Numbered from the stretch's first letter, positions 49,781 to 62,938 are shown. The stretch: DNA of 64,000 bases from an uncultured delta proteobacterium (GCA_963848295.1 CAWKDB010000002.1:1056001-1120000), one strand, 5' to 3'. The notes: generated by a model from the sequence alone, not told the origin. Translations and numbers: made by a program.

Positions 49781-50785
49781 CTACGACCGGTCGTGCCCCG
49801 CTCGCTGGTGAGCTCGATAGATCGCGACGAGCTCTTGCCGCGACTCGGCCTTGAGGCGCTTCGCGGCGCGCGCGAGGAGCACGCGCACGGTCGAGTGCGC
49901 GAGACCGAGCTCGTAAGCGATGATCTTGTTCGTGCGGCCAGCGGCGGCGGCCGCGACGACCTGCGACTCGCGCATGGACAGTGCCGACAGCCCGGCGATC
50001 TCCGCCCGCGGCGGGTTCTCGACCGCGATGACATAGCGCTTTCCGGCGTGATCGAAGTGGTCGAGGAGCGTGAGCTCGGCGTCGACCAGAGTTCGCCATG
50101 AGTCTACGGCGCCGTCGGGATCGTGATCCCGCATCGGTCCGCGCGCGGCTTCCATCCGCAACACGGCATCGCGCAGCGCGCGGCGCAAGCGGTCGGCGGT
50201 CTTGCCGTCGGCTGCGTGCTCGCACCGGCCCGTCGTGTCGAGCACCGCGGTTGCCGCATCGGGCGATGGCGCGATCGTTCCATATCGCCTCAAACGAAGC
50301 GCGCTCGCCATATGCGACGCGACGCGGGTCCACCTGTCGGCTTCGTTTGGACCTCGAGTGCGTGCAGCGGGGAGCGGCACCGCGAGCGTCACCCCGATGC
50401 CGGACGGGTCGTACGCGTTGATGTTGAGGACGTCTCGGATCCCGGCGTCCAGCATCGGCCGCGTGCCCGGCATCTTCTCGAGCGGCCCGAGCTCCGAGCA
50501 CAGCCCGAAGCTCTGCGCGCGCCACGTCTCGTCGACGTGGCTCGGTGCCATCGCTTCGAGCGACCTGGAGAACACCTCAGGCGCGACCACGAGATCTTGC
50601 TCCACGCAGGTACCCGCGCGCAGCGATCCGACCGCGCCCTCATAGACGCACGCGAGCACGCCGCATCCTTGATCGGCGATCGGCGCCGCGGCGCGCAACA
50701 TGGCGCGCAGCCAGTCGGCCTCCGAATTCCCTGGACCGTAGGTGGCCTCGATGACGCCGATCAGACCTCGATCGCGCTGGCTCAT
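49781..50785 (-). CDS. LuxR-family HTH transcriptional regulator with an N-terminal sensor-like domain
   Basis: C-terminal LSMRESQVVAAAAAGRTNKIIAYELGLAHSTVRVLL...SRQEL; no receiver domain. Confidence 0.88.
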   Translation of the reverse strand: MSQRDRGLIGVIEATYGPGNSEADWLRAMLRAAAPIADQGCGVLACVYEGAVGSLRAGTCVEQDLVVAPEVFSRSLEAMAPSHVDETWRAQSFGLCSELGPLEKMPGTRPMLDAGIRDVLNINAYDPSGIGVTLAVPLPAARTRGPNEADRWTRVASHMASALRLRRYGTIAPSPDAATAVLDTTGRCEHAADGKTADRLRRALRDAVLRMEAARGPMRDHDPDGAVDSWRTLVDAELTLLDHFDHAGKRYVIAVENPPRAEIAGLSALSMRESQVVAAAAAGRTNKIIAYELGLAHSTVRVLLARAAKRLKAESRQELVAIYRAHQRAGHDRS

Positions 50786-50889
50786 TGGCACCGAGGTCTA
50801 TCAAACGCGCGCGCTGCGGGGCAACGAGCGATCCTGCTCGATCGCTACCGTCTACGCGGGCATATTGCCACACCCCGATTTCGGCGAGC

Positions 50890-51117
50890 TCACGGCGAGC
50901 CCGACACCGCTGCGATCCACATCAGGCCGATCGCGAGCAATGCGACGCTCGTCAGCGGCCACAGCCCGACCGCGTAGGCGGCGACCGTTCGCAGTTGCTC
51001 GCGCACCGGGACGCGCGGGCGGCGCTGCCGGCGCACCCGTGGCGCAGGCGGCGCGGGCACGAGCTGGCCTGCGGTCCTCACGATCCGAGCCTGAGGAAGC
51101 GAGTCGAAGGACAACAT
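50890..51117 (-). CDS. Possible small membrane protein
   Basis: MLSFDSLPQARIVR... with a C-terminal hydrophobic helix, filling the gap between the LuxR and peptidase genes. Confidence 0.45.
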   Translation of the reverse strand: MLSFDSLPQARIVRTAGQLVPAPPAPRVRRQRRPRVPVREQLRTVAAYAVGLWPLTSVALLAIGLMWIAAVSGSP

Positions 51118-51169
51118 GGCTTCAGTATGACGCCTGAACGCGCGTTGGCATTCAGGTAACGTCAGCGCC

Positions 51170-52888
51170 ATGCCCGCCGCGCTCGCCGATCTCTCGCTCG
51201 GCTTTCGCTCGTCCTACCTCGATTACGAGCGCCTGAGCGCGCAGTTGCGCGCGTGGACCGACGCATATCCCACCTTGTGTCGGATGTCGTCACTCGCGCG
51301 CACTCCCGAAGGCCGCGACGTGTGGCTCGTCACGATCGGGCCGGAGCCCGAGCGCATTCGCCCGGCGGTGTGGGCCGACGGCAACATGCACGCGGTCGAG
51401 CTCGCCGGCTCGAGTGTCGCGCTCGCGATCGCCGAGGATGCGTTGCGCCTCCACCTCGATCCGGGCTCGATCGAGCTAGCGCCGGCCGTGCTCGCGCGGT
51501 TGCGCGACGTGTTGTTCTACATCGCGCCGCGGCTCTCGCCCGATGGCGCGGAGCACGTGCTGCGCACCGGTCGCGTCGTGCGCTCGGTGCCGCGCGACGA
51601 ACGCGTCGCTCGCGGCAAGCCGCGCTGGCTCGCGCGCGACCTCGATGGCGACGGTCAGATCTTCGCGATGCGCGTCGTCGATCCCGCAGGTGAGCTCGTC
51701 GAGGCGAAGGAGATGCCCGGGTTGCTCGTCGAGCGCACGATCGAAGATGCCGGGCCGTTCTACAAGCTGTACCCGGAGGGCGTGATCGAGCACTTCGACG
51801 GCAAGACCATCCCGTCGACCCATCCGTTCAGCGACAACCCGGTCGATCTCAACCGCAACTTTCCGTGGTCGTGGGCACCGCAGCACGAGCAGGACGGCGC
51901 GGGCGCCTTCGCGGTGAGCGAGCCCGAGGCTCGCGGCGTGGTCGCGTTCGCCTCGGCGCATCCCGAGATCTTCGCGTGGTCGAACTATCACACGTTCGGC
52001 GGCGTGCTGATCCGACCGCCCGGCGACACGCCCGACGGCAAGATGAACCAGGAAGACCTCGCGGTGTTTCGCCAGGTCGAAGCGTGGATGACCGAGCACA
52101 CCGGCTATCCGACGGTGTCCGGCCACGACGAATTCCTGTACGAACCCGACAAGCCGTTGCGCGGCGACCTCAGCGAGTACGCGTATCGCCAGCGCGGCGC
52201 GATCGCCTACGCGATCGAGCTGTGGGATCTGTTCGCGCGCCTCGGCATGCCGCGGCCGCCGAAGTTCGTGCAGTATTACGATCGCGTCACGCGGGCTGAT
52301 CTCGTCAAGCTCGCGTGGTGGGATCGCGACGAGAACGCCAGTCGCGTGTTCCCACCCTGGCGGTCGTTCGACCACCCGCAGCTCGGTAAGGTCGAGATCG
52401 GCGGCATCGATCCACGCGTCGGCTTGTGGAACCCGCCGCTGCACGAGCTCGCGTCGCTGTGCGCGAGACAAACCCCGGTGTTCTTGCGCGTCGCCGCACT
52501 CGCGCCGCACCTCTCGATCGCGCGGATCGATCGCCACCCGACCGCCGACCGCCTGACCCGCGTCGAGCTGCGGATCGAGAACGACGGCTATCTCGGCACG
52601 TACGGGTTGCCGTCCGCGAAGCCGCTCGACTTCAACGAGCCGCTCTATGCGACCGCGATCGCGCACGGTTGCGAGCTCGTCGATCCGGGGCGCGCGTATC
52701 AGAGCATCGGTCACCTCGATGGCTGGGGCCGCGGGTTGTACAGCGGCGCGAACCTGCCGGCCTATCCCGGGACGCGCGGGTCGACGAACGCGGGGTGGCT
52801 GACCTACCTCGTGCGCGGCCACGGCGCGATCGAGGTGCGAGCCGGGTCTTGCCGCGCCGGGTTCATCACCGCACGAGTGGAGGTCTAG
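51170..52888 (+). CDS. M14-family zinc carboxypeptidase (cytoplasmic)
   Basis: DGNMHAVE (HxxE), SPDG, DLNRNFP, SEPE, NYHTFGG and IELW. No signal peptide. Confidence 0.88.
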   Translation: MPAALADLSLGFRSSYLDYERLSAQLRAWTDAYPTLCRMSSLARTPEGRDVWLVTIGPEPERIRPAVWADGNMHAVELAGSSVALAIAEDALRLHLDPGSIELAPAVLARLRDVLFYIAPRLSPDGAEHVLRTGRVVRSVPRDERVARGKPRWLARDLDGDGQIFAMRVVDPAGELVEAKEMPGLLVERTIEDAGPFYKLYPEGVIEHFDGKTIPSTHPFSDNPVDLNRNFPWSWAPQHEQDGAGAFAVSEPEARGVVAFASAHPEIFAWSNYHTFGGVLIRPPGDTPDGKMNQEDLAVFRQVEAWMTEHTGYPTVSGHDEFLYEPDKPLRGDLSEYAYRQRGAIAYAIELWDLFARLGMPRPPKFVQYYDRVTRADLVKLAWWDRDENASRVFPPWRSFDHPQLGKVEIGGIDPRVGLWNPPLHELASLCARQTPVFLRVAALAPHLSIARIDRHPTADRLTRVELRIENDGYLGTYGLPSAKPLDFNEPLYATAIAHGCELVDPGRAYQSIGHLDGWGRGLYSGANLPAYPGTRGSTNAGWLTYLVRGHGAIEVRAGSCRAGFITARVEV

Positions 52889-52889
52889 C

Positions 52890-53711
52890 TTGGCGCGCTA
52901 CGCGATCGGCGATATTCAAGGTTGCATGGCGAGCCTCGAGCGCTTGCTGTCGCTGATCGCATTCTCGCCGCAGCGCGACGAGCTATGGCTGGTCGGGGAT
53001 CTCGTCAATCGCGGCCCGCGTTCGCTCGACGTGCTGCGCTGGGCGCGCGACATGGGCCCGGTGGTCACGACGGTGCTCGGCAACCACGACCTCCACTTGC
53101 TCGCGCGCGCCGCGGGCGCCGATAAGGAGAAGCCACGCGACACGCTCGACGACGTGCTCGCCGCGGCCGATCGCGATCGCCTGATCGATTGGTTGCGCGC
53201 GCGGCCGTTGCTCGTTCACGACGACCGGTTCGCGCTCGTGCACGCGGGCTTGCATCCGCGATGGACGATCGCCGACGCCCGTGCGCGCGCCGCCGAGATC
53301 GAAGCCGAGCTCGCCGCGCCGACGTGGCGCGCGTTCCTCGCGCAATCGAACGGCCCCGCGCCGCGGTGGGATTCGCGGCTCGGCGGCGGTGACCGCTGGC
53401 GCGCGATCCTCGGTTACCTCGTGCGCGTGAGGGCGTGCCGCGCCGACGGCAGGCCGATCGCGGACTTCGACGGGCCACCGGCGCAAGCACCCGCCGGCGC
53501 GATCCCGTGGTTCAACTTGCCCGATCCGGCGTGGGCGACGCACACGGTCGTGTTTGGCCATTGGGCCGCGGCCGGGCTCCAGCTCGGGCCGCATCACGCC
53601 GGCGTCGACACCGGCTGCGTGTGGGGCAACACGCTGTCCGCGCTGCGGCTCGACGACAGGATGGTGTTCCAGATCAAGAGCGTCGAGCGCGCATCCGGGC
53701 CGATCCGGTAA
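52890..53711 (+). CDS. apaH: Symmetrical bis(5'-nucleosyl)-tetraphosphatase
   Basis: YAIGDIQGC, GDLVNRGPRSL, VLGNHDLHLL, VHAG, VFGHWAA and DTGCVWG. Confidence 0.93.
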   Translation: MARYAIGDIQGCMASLERLLSLIAFSPQRDELWLVGDLVNRGPRSLDVLRWARDMGPVVTTVLGNHDLHLLARAAGADKEKPRDTLDDVLAAADRDRLIDWLRARPLLVHDDRFALVHAGLHPRWTIADARARAAEIEAELAAPTWRAFLAQSNGPAPRWDSRLGGGDRWRAILGYLVRVRACRADGRPIADFDGPPAQAPAGAIPWFNLPDPAWATHTVVFGHWAAAGLQLGPHHAGVDTGCVWGNTLSALRLDDRMVFQIKSVERASGPIR

Positions 53712-53722
53712 CGCGCGGCGCG

Positions 53723-54826
53723 CTACTTCTTCGGCTTGGTGAGCTCGATCGGATCGACGTTGACGTCGGCGGTCGAGAACTCGACATCCACCGACTCGCG
53801 CTTCTTGCGCGCCAGCTGGGGCAGCGTCGGTGCATTGCTCCCGGTCGGCATGACGTCGTGATCATGAGTCGGCTGGGCGTCGTGCGCCGCGGGGTTGCTC
53901 CGCATTCGCGCCTCGCGCACGTTCGCGCCGAGCGCGCTCGTCGGATCGACCCCGACCGCGCTCTTCATCACCTGCGAGAGCGCCGACGCGAACTCGGTCG
54001 CCGATGCGAACCGTTCGGCCGGATCGGCCGCGAGCGCGCTGTCGAGCACCACGGCGAGCGCCTGAGGCACGTCGGGTCGACGATCGCGAATCGGTGGCAC
54101 CGCGCACGCGCGAATCCGCTTGAAGATCTCGATATCGTTCTTGCCGTCGAACAACCGCTCGCCCGCGAGCGTCTCCCACAGGATGTTGCCGACGCCGAAC
54201 AGATCGGACTGCGCGGTGTTCGGCTTGCCGAACGTGACCTCGGGTGCGAGGTACGACAGCTTGCCCTTGACCGTGCCGGGTGCGGTCAAGCTCGCGACGC
54301 GATCGCGCGCGCGCGCCAGCCCGAAGTCCGACAGCTTGACGACGCCGTTCGAGCCGAGCAGCACGTTGTGCGGCGACACGTCGCGATGGATGACCGGCGC
54401 CGGCGTCCCGTCGGGAGCGCGCCGATCGTGCGCGGCGCCGAGCCCGCGCAGCGTGCCGATGCCGATCGCGACCGCGATCGGCCACTCGACCTTGTGGCCG
54501 GCGTCGTGGTGGCTCTTGATCAGCGCACCGAGGTCGATCCCTTCGACCCACTCCATCACGAGGTAGTACGAGCCGTTCTGGCTGACGAAGTCGTGGACCT
54601 GGACGATGTTCGGGTGCTGGAGCTCGCTGCCGACGCGCGCCTCCTCGATGAACATCTCGACGTAGTTCTTGAGCGCGCGGAACTCCGGCTTGATGTGCTT
54701 GATCGCGACCGCGCGCTGGAACCCGGCGGCACCGCGCGACACCGCCTTGTAGACGGTCGCCATGCCGCCTTCGCCGCAGACCTCTACCAGCTCGTACTTG
54801 CCGTCGATCAACTCCCCGGTGGTCAC
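53723..54826 (-). CDS. Cytoplasmic Ser/Thr protein kinase
   Basis: GEGGMATVY, VAIK, HRDVSPHN, DFGLA and GKLSYLAPE. Confidence 0.93.
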   Translation of the reverse strand: MTTGELIDGKYELVEVCGEGGMATVYKAVSRGAAGFQRAVAIKHIKPEFRALKNYVEMFIEEARVGSELQHPNIVQVHDFVSQNGSYYLVMEWVEGIDLGALIKSHHDAGHKVEWPIAVAIGIGTLRGLGAAHDRRAPDGTPAPVIHRDVSPHNVLLGSNGVVKLSDFGLARARDRVASLTAPGTVKGKLSYLAPEVTFGKPNTAQSDLFGVGNILWETLAGERLFDGKNDIEIFKRIRACAVPPIRDRRPDVPQALAVVLDSALAADPAERFASATEFASALSQVMKSAVGVDPTSALGANVREARMRSNPAAHDAQPTHDHDVMPTGSNAPTLPQLARKKRESVDVEFSTADVNVDPIELTKPKK

Positions 54827-54843
54827 GTCGGCCCTAGTATACA

Positions 54844-54888
54844 GATCGTAGACGTCCACGTGCACGTGTCACGTCCACATGGACGATC
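54844..54888. repeat. Imperfect hexamer-periodic hairpin
   Basis: GATCGT-AGACGT-CCACGT-GCACGT...CACGT-CCACAT-GGACGATC, with complementary ends. It resembles 7801-7851. Confidence 0.55.
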
Positions 54889-54895
54889 GGCAGCG

Positions 54896-56910
<2,015 letters not shown>

Positions 56911-56956
56911 CGCGGCGACTGGATAGCACGAACCGCGACGGAGCGCGCGTCGGGAT

Positions 56957-57310
56957 CTAGCGCGGGGGCGCGGTCTTGCCGCGGCGGCGTTCGCTGCGTG
57001 CGACCAGCGTGCTCGGTAGCGTGCCCTCGCGCTCGAGCTTCTTGATCTCGTCGCCGAGCGCGCGCAACACCTTGAGCCGCGCCGCATCGTCGCGGAACCG
57101 ATCGACGAGCTCGCCGTACAGCTCGCGCACGGCATCGCCGTCGGGCGGACTCGCCATCACCGAGCGCAGCACCGCGACCCGCCAGCGCAGCTCGAGCTCG
57201 CCGCCGACCTCGAGAGCGAGCGCATCACCGACGGCCCGTTCGCTCGGGATCTTCGCGCGATCGGCTTCGCAACGCTCGACGAGCGCGGCTAGTCGCTTGG
57301 CGGCGGACAT
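56957..57310 (-). CDS. Hypothetical protein (117 aa)
   Basis: Protein-like helical tail of the long shadow ORF 56957..59440, starting MSAAKRLAALVERC. Confidence 0.55.
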   Translation of the reverse strand: MSAAKRLAALVERCEADRAKIPSERAVGDALALEVGGELELRWRVAVLRSVMASPPDGDAVRELYGELVDRFRDDAARLKVLRALGDEIKKLEREGTLPSTLVARSERRRGKTAPPR

Positions 57311-57394
57311 CACGCGGCCAGCGTACCATGCGCGTCCCGCGTTTCCCGGCCTGTTACTCGAGGTGATCCGCGACGACGATCGAGACGCTGAGCT

Positions 57395-58741
57395 ATGCTC
57401 GCCGCCATGCGCGGGATGGCCAGCATCGCACTCGTGGCTTGCGCGCTCGCGGCATCGGTCGCGCACGCCGACGGGATCTCCGACGACGAGCTCGCGAAGA
57501 AGAACACCGGCAGCTACCTGACCGGGCTGCCATTGATCAACTACTCGCCCGACACCGGCGTCGGCTACGGCGCCCGCATCTACTACTACTACGACGGCGA
57601 TCGCGACGACTCGCGGTTCAAGACGACGCCGTACCTCTATCGCGTGTTCCTGCAGGGCTTCACGTCGACCCGCGGCCTGCAGTTCCACTGGCTCGACTTC
57701 GACGCGCCGAAGATCTTCGACACGCCGTTCCGTATCCGCAGCCAGCTGATCTACGAGCGCAACATCAACCAGAATTATTTCGGTCAGGGTAACGCCGCGC
57801 TCGACCCTCTGCAGTTTCCCGGCTCGCCGGCGACGTTCAAGTCGTTCGCGAATTACAGCGCCGCGCAGCAACAGGTCACGAACGGCCAGACCTATGGCAA
57901 GTACGACCAGTACGACCTGCTGCGGCCGATCTATATCGCGAGCGTCGAGCGGCTGTTGCTCCACGACCACGTGCGCGTGCTCGGCGGCGTCGGGTTCTCG
58001 TACGCGCGGATTCGCGATTACACCGGCCAGCAGGTCGACGCCACCGACCCGACCGGCGGGGCGACGACCGCGACCGAAGCCCCGACTCGACTCAAGACCG
58101 ATTGCGACGCCGGCACGCTGGTCGGCTGCAGCGGCGGCTGGGACAACTTCTTGCGATTCGGTATCTCGTACGACACGCGCGACTACGAGCCCGATCCGAA
58201 GCGCGGCGTATTCATCGACGCGGCGGTCGACGCCGGCACGGTCGCGCTCGGCTCGGAGTATGACTACGTGCGCGCGATGATCGCGGCGCGCGGGTTCTGG
58301 AGCCCGGCGCCCGATGCGATCGACCTCGTGCTCGCCGACCGCTTCGTGTTCGAAGGCCAGACCTCGGGCACGCCGTTCTTCAGCATGGACACGTTCCCGT
58401 TCACCGACGATCCGCGGACCGGCCTCGGCGGTCAGCGCACGATGCGCGGGTTTCGCCAGGATCGCTTCGTCGGGCCGATCATGGCGCTCGATAATGTCGA
58501 GGCGCGCTGGACGTTCGCGCACGCCTGCTTCTGGCGGCAGAAGTTCGCGTTCATCGTCGTGCCGTTCCTCGATGTCGGCCGTCCGTATAGCCGGATGTCC
58601 GATCTGACGGTGCGCGATCTGCGCGCGTCGTACGGCGGCTCGCTGCGCATCGCCTGGAACCTCGCGACGCTCATCACGATCGACTACGGGTTCTCCGCGG
58701 AGGACACTGGCTTCTACGTGAACTTCAACCACATGTTTTGA
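57395..58741 (+). CDS. Omp85/BamA-TamA superfamily outer-membrane beta-barrel lacking POTRA domains
   Basis: Signal peptide; GLPLINYSPDTGVGYG; YDTRD..P..G; GG..TMRGF...RF lid motif; C-terminal YVNFNHMF beta-signal. Confidence 0.85.
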   Translation: MLAAMRGMASIALVACALAASVAHADGISDDELAKKNTGSYLTGLPLINYSPDTGVGYGARIYYYYDGDRDDSRFKTTPYLYRVFLQGFTSTRGLQFHWLDFDAPKIFDTPFRIRSQLIYERNINQNYFGQGNAALDPLQFPGSPATFKSFANYSAAQQQVTNGQTYGKYDQYDLLRPIYIASVERLLLHDHVRVLGGVGFSYARIRDYTGQQVDATDPTGGATTATEAPTRLKTDCDAGTLVGCSGGWDNFLRFGISYDTRDYEPDPKRGVFIDAAVDAGTVALGSEYDYVRAMIAARGFWSPAPDAIDLVLADRFVFEGQTSGTPFFSMDTFPFTDDPRTGLGGQRTMRGFRQDRFVGPIMALDNVEARWTFAHACFWRQKFAFIVVPFLDVGRPYSRMSDLTVRDLRASYGGSLRIAWNLATLITIDYGFSAEDTGFYVNFNHMF

Positions 58742-58792
58742 ATCCTGTTCTCCAGGATTGGACCGATGGCCGGACCAATGTATAACCGCGCC

Positions 58793-59800
58793 ATGAAGCG
58801 ATTCGGGCTCGTCCTGGTCTTGGCCGCGTGCACGCACGCCGATCCGAATGCGGTCCAGAGCTTCGCGTTCGGACCGTTTCAGCTCGACGCCGATCAAGAG
58901 ATCACGGACGAGTGCGTCCAGATCTCGCTCGACAACGCGACCGACCTCTACGTCAACCAGGTCGAGTTCAAGAGCGGACCGGGGCTGCACCACTCGAACT
59001 GGTTCTACGTACCGGAGCGAATCTTCGCCGGCGATGACGGCGTGTTCACCTGCGCCGACCGCTCGTTCGACACCGAGGCCGCGGCCGTCTACGGCGGCGT
59101 GTTGTTCGCGCAGTCGACGCAAGCGACGCACGACGTCCAGCAGTTCCCCGACGGCGGCGCGATCAAGATCCCGAAAGGCTCGAAGCTCGTCGCGCAGATC
59201 CACCTGCTCAATGCGACCGACTCGCCGCTGACCGTCTCGCCGACCATCGCGATCACGCCGATCGCGGAAGCCGACGTCACGACCCACCTCGCCGCGATGT
59301 CGTTCGAGGACGAAGCGCTCGGCCTGCCACCGAACATGCAGTCGTCGTTCACGGTCGATTGCGACCTCGGTCCGTTGCACCAGCAGCTGTTCGGCCGCGC
59401 GCCGGACTTCAACATCTATTACGCGCTCGCCCACTATCACGCGCTCGGTACCGGCATGACGGTGTCCGCGGTCAGCGAGGACGGCGCGACCGTAACACCG
59501 GTGTTTCAGACGACCGCGGAGATCGGTGATTCGCTCGGGAGCACGATCGATCCGGTGTTCCCGATGACCGGCTACTCGCGGATTCGCTTCACGTGCGACT
59601 ACTTCAACAACACCAGCCAGACCGTCTCATGGGGTGTCGGCAACCAGGAGATGTGCGTGTTCCTCGCGTTCACCGACTCGACCTACCAATGGGGCGGCGG
59701 CGATCCGAACGAGGAGGCACCTGGCAATCCTCTGCAAGTGAGTAACGTGATGACGTTCTCGAACTCGTGCAGCGTGTTCGCGAACGACAACACGCACTGA
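58793..59800 (+). CDS. Copper type II ascorbate-dependent monooxygenase-like (PHM/DBM-like) lipoprotein
   Basis: Lipobox LVLAA-C; GLHHS, QIHLLN, AHYHALG and QEMC match the HH/H (CuH) and HxH/M (CuM) ligand order. Confidence 0.75.
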   Translation: MKRFGLVLVLAACTHADPNAVQSFAFGPFQLDADQEITDECVQISLDNATDLYVNQVEFKSGPGLHHSNWFYVPERIFAGDDGVFTCADRSFDTEAAAVYGGVLFAQSTQATHDVQQFPDGGAIKIPKGSKLVAQIHLLNATDSPLTVSPTIAITPIAEADVTTHLAAMSFEDEALGLPPNMQSSFTVDCDLGPLHQQLFGRAPDFNIYYALAHYHALGTGMTVSAVSEDGATVTPVFQTTAEIGDSLGSTIDPVFPMTGYSRIRFTCDYFNNTSQTVSWGVGNQEMCVFLAFTDSTYQWGGGDPNEEAPGNPLQVSNVMTFSNSCSVFANDNTH

Positions 59801-59972
59801 CGGTGTTTCATAACGCGGCGCGTGGGCTCGAGGGCCGGACTCTGCCGAAGCGATGCCTCGGCACCGCGGCTCGACCGCGGCGCACTGCCATCAGGTGATC
59901 GCGCAAGTGCTGGTGACGTCGCTCGGAATCCTCCGTAGCGTGGCTGCGCGCTGAAAATGCGCGGGAGGCCCC

Positions 59973-61250
59973 ATGCTGGTACGGCAAGCTCGGCTCGGTT
60001 CGCTCGTCATCTCGTTCGCGATCGGCTGCGGTGGCGGCGGCAATGGCAACGGCGCCGATGCGCATCACAACGTCGATGCCGCGGGCACGCACCCCGACGC
60101 GGGAAATCCGGCCGGCCTCGTCGCGGTGCCGCTGACCGCCACCGGCGCGCTGGTGTTTACCGCGCCGATGAAGTTCGGGACACAGTCGTTCGACATGCTC
60201 GTCGACACCGGCTCGTCGTCGACCGGCGTCGCGGCGACGTCCTGCACGAACTGCGAGGTCAGCTCGACGTACACGCCGGGCAGCGGCGCGACCGACCAGC
60301 ACGCGACCGCGAGCAGCTCGTTCGGCGATGGCACGTCGTGGAGCGGCGAGGCCTACGCCGACACCGCGGCGATCGGGGCCGGCTACGCGGTGAAGCTCGA
60401 CTTCGTGGCGATCACGACCTCGAATGGATTCTTCCGCGGCGGCTACGACGGCATCGTCGGCCTCGGCCCCGACGATCTACTGTTGCCGCATACGACGTCC
60501 TATATCGACGCCGCGGTCACGGCGGGCATGCTGCCGCAGTTCGCGTTCGAGGAGTGCGCGAACGACGGCACGATGTGGCTCGGCGGCTATGACAACGCCG
60601 CGGTCGCCCAGCCGGTGGTGTTCACGCCGATGACCGGCGCCGGGTACTACACGGTCGGGATCGCGGGCATGGCGGTCGGCGCGACCGATCTCGGCCTGAC
60701 CTCGGCGTCGTTCGGCGACACCATCGTCGATACCGGCACGAGCATCTCGTTCATCCCGGCCGCGGCGGAGAACGCGATCCTCTCGAAGTTGACCGCGAGC
60801 GCGGGCTACCAGGCGGTGTTCGGCACGCAAGCGCTGAGCGACGGTGGCTGCGTGAGCTCGCAGCTCAGCTCCGCACAGGTCGACGCGATGTTGCCGGCGC
60901 TCGGCATCACGTTCCCGGCGACAGGCGGCGGCGCCTCGACCGCGGTGCCGGTCGCCGCGACGCGGTCGTATCTGTTCGACGAAGGTGGAGGCACCTATTG
61001 CTTCGCGTTCGCCAACGCCGACCAGCTCGGCGGGATGTCGCTGATCGGCGGCACGCTGCTCGACGGCGTCATCACGGTGTTCGATGTCGCCAACCACGAG
61101 GTCGGATTCGCGCCCGAGGCCGGCTGCCCGACCAATGACATCGGCCCCAGGCCGGCGATGGTCACGCACGGCAGCCCCGACCACCCGTGGTGGCTCGATG
61201 ATCCCCGCGTCCGCGTCCCGCCGGTCGCTCGCGCGAAGTACACGAGGTAG
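59973..61250 (+). CDS. Pepsin-like (A1) bilobed aspartic protease, lipoprotein
   Basis: Two catalytic motifs, VDTGSS and VDTGTS; psi-loops DGIVGLG and LIGGTLL; VFD...VGFA; lipobox FAIG-C. Confidence 0.88.
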   Translation: MLVRQARLGSLVISFAIGCGGGGNGNGADAHHNVDAAGTHPDAGNPAGLVAVPLTATGALVFTAPMKFGTQSFDMLVDTGSSSTGVAATSCTNCEVSSTYTPGSGATDQHATASSSFGDGTSWSGEAYADTAAIGAGYAVKLDFVAITTSNGFFRGGYDGIVGLGPDDLLLPHTTSYIDAAVTAGMLPQFAFEECANDGTMWLGGYDNAAVAQPVVFTPMTGAGYYTVGIAGMAVGATDLGLTSASFGDTIVDTGTSISFIPAAAENAILSKLTASAGYQAVFGTQALSDGGCVSSQLSSAQVDAMLPALGITFPATGGGASTAVPVAATRSYLFDEGGGTYCFAFANADQLGGMSLIGGTLLDGVITVFDVANHEVGFAPEAGCPTNDIGPRPAMVTHGSPDHPWWLDDPRVRVPPVARAKYTR

Positions 61251-61289
61251 GCGCGCCGCGAAACCCACGCGCTGTATAGTTCGCGGCGC

Positions 61290-62257
<968 letters not shown>

Positions 62258-62258
<1 letters not shown>

Positions 62259-62881
62259 TGAACATGCTCGTCCGCACGCTGCTCGTCGTCGTCATGGTGA
62301 TCGCGCTCGTGTACGTCGTGTCGCGCCATCACCACGACAAGACGTTCGCGCCCGGCGAAGGCAGCGGAGCGAGCACCACGCCGCCCCCGAGGCCGACCGC
62401 GACCACAGTGGCCGCTAAGCCGGGGCCGACCCACGAGCTGCGCACTGTCACCGCCGCGCAACGCGCCGAGATCGCCGCGCAGATCGCCGCCGCCCGCGCC
62501 GCACGCGCCGAGCGCAAGCCCACGGCTCCGGCCCAGCCGGCCACCCCGACGGATCCGAACCAGGACTACGCCGCCTACGCCGACTCGTTCGCAGTCGGGA
62601 TGAGCGATGCGCTCAAGCCGCTGATCGGGATGCTCGGCAAGTGCATCCGGGACCACGGTGCCGACGCCGGCAGCCATCACGCCGCCGCCGTACAGATCAC
62701 GCTCGACGGCGACCCCGATGTCGGCACGTTGATCACGACCGACTCGATCGCCGACGGCACCGGCCAGCCGATCAGCCCCGCGCTCGACGACTGCGTGCGC
62801 GGCGTGCTCGACGCCGCCGAGCTTCCGCCGATCAAAGAAGGCGCGACGCTCAAGACCCAGTTCACGTTCGACCTCGATTAG
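62258..62881 (+). CDS. Membrane-anchored hypothetical protein with a Pro-rich linker
   Basis: N-terminal TM, Pro/Ala linker, and a C-terminal domain with a Cys pair (KCIR...DDCVRGVL..ELPP). Confidence 0.65.
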
Positions 62882-62938
62882 TCGCGCCGGCGATTCGCAG
62901 CTTGCGCGCGACGCCGGGCTCTGAAAAGCTGCGCGCGC

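Noticed and set aside
56957..59440. Long antisense and alternate-frame ORFs (e.g. 56957..59440, 29727..32297, 53435..56017, 45461..47098)
   Set aside because: These are shadow ORFs expected at high GC, lying opposite well-supported genes, with no motifs.
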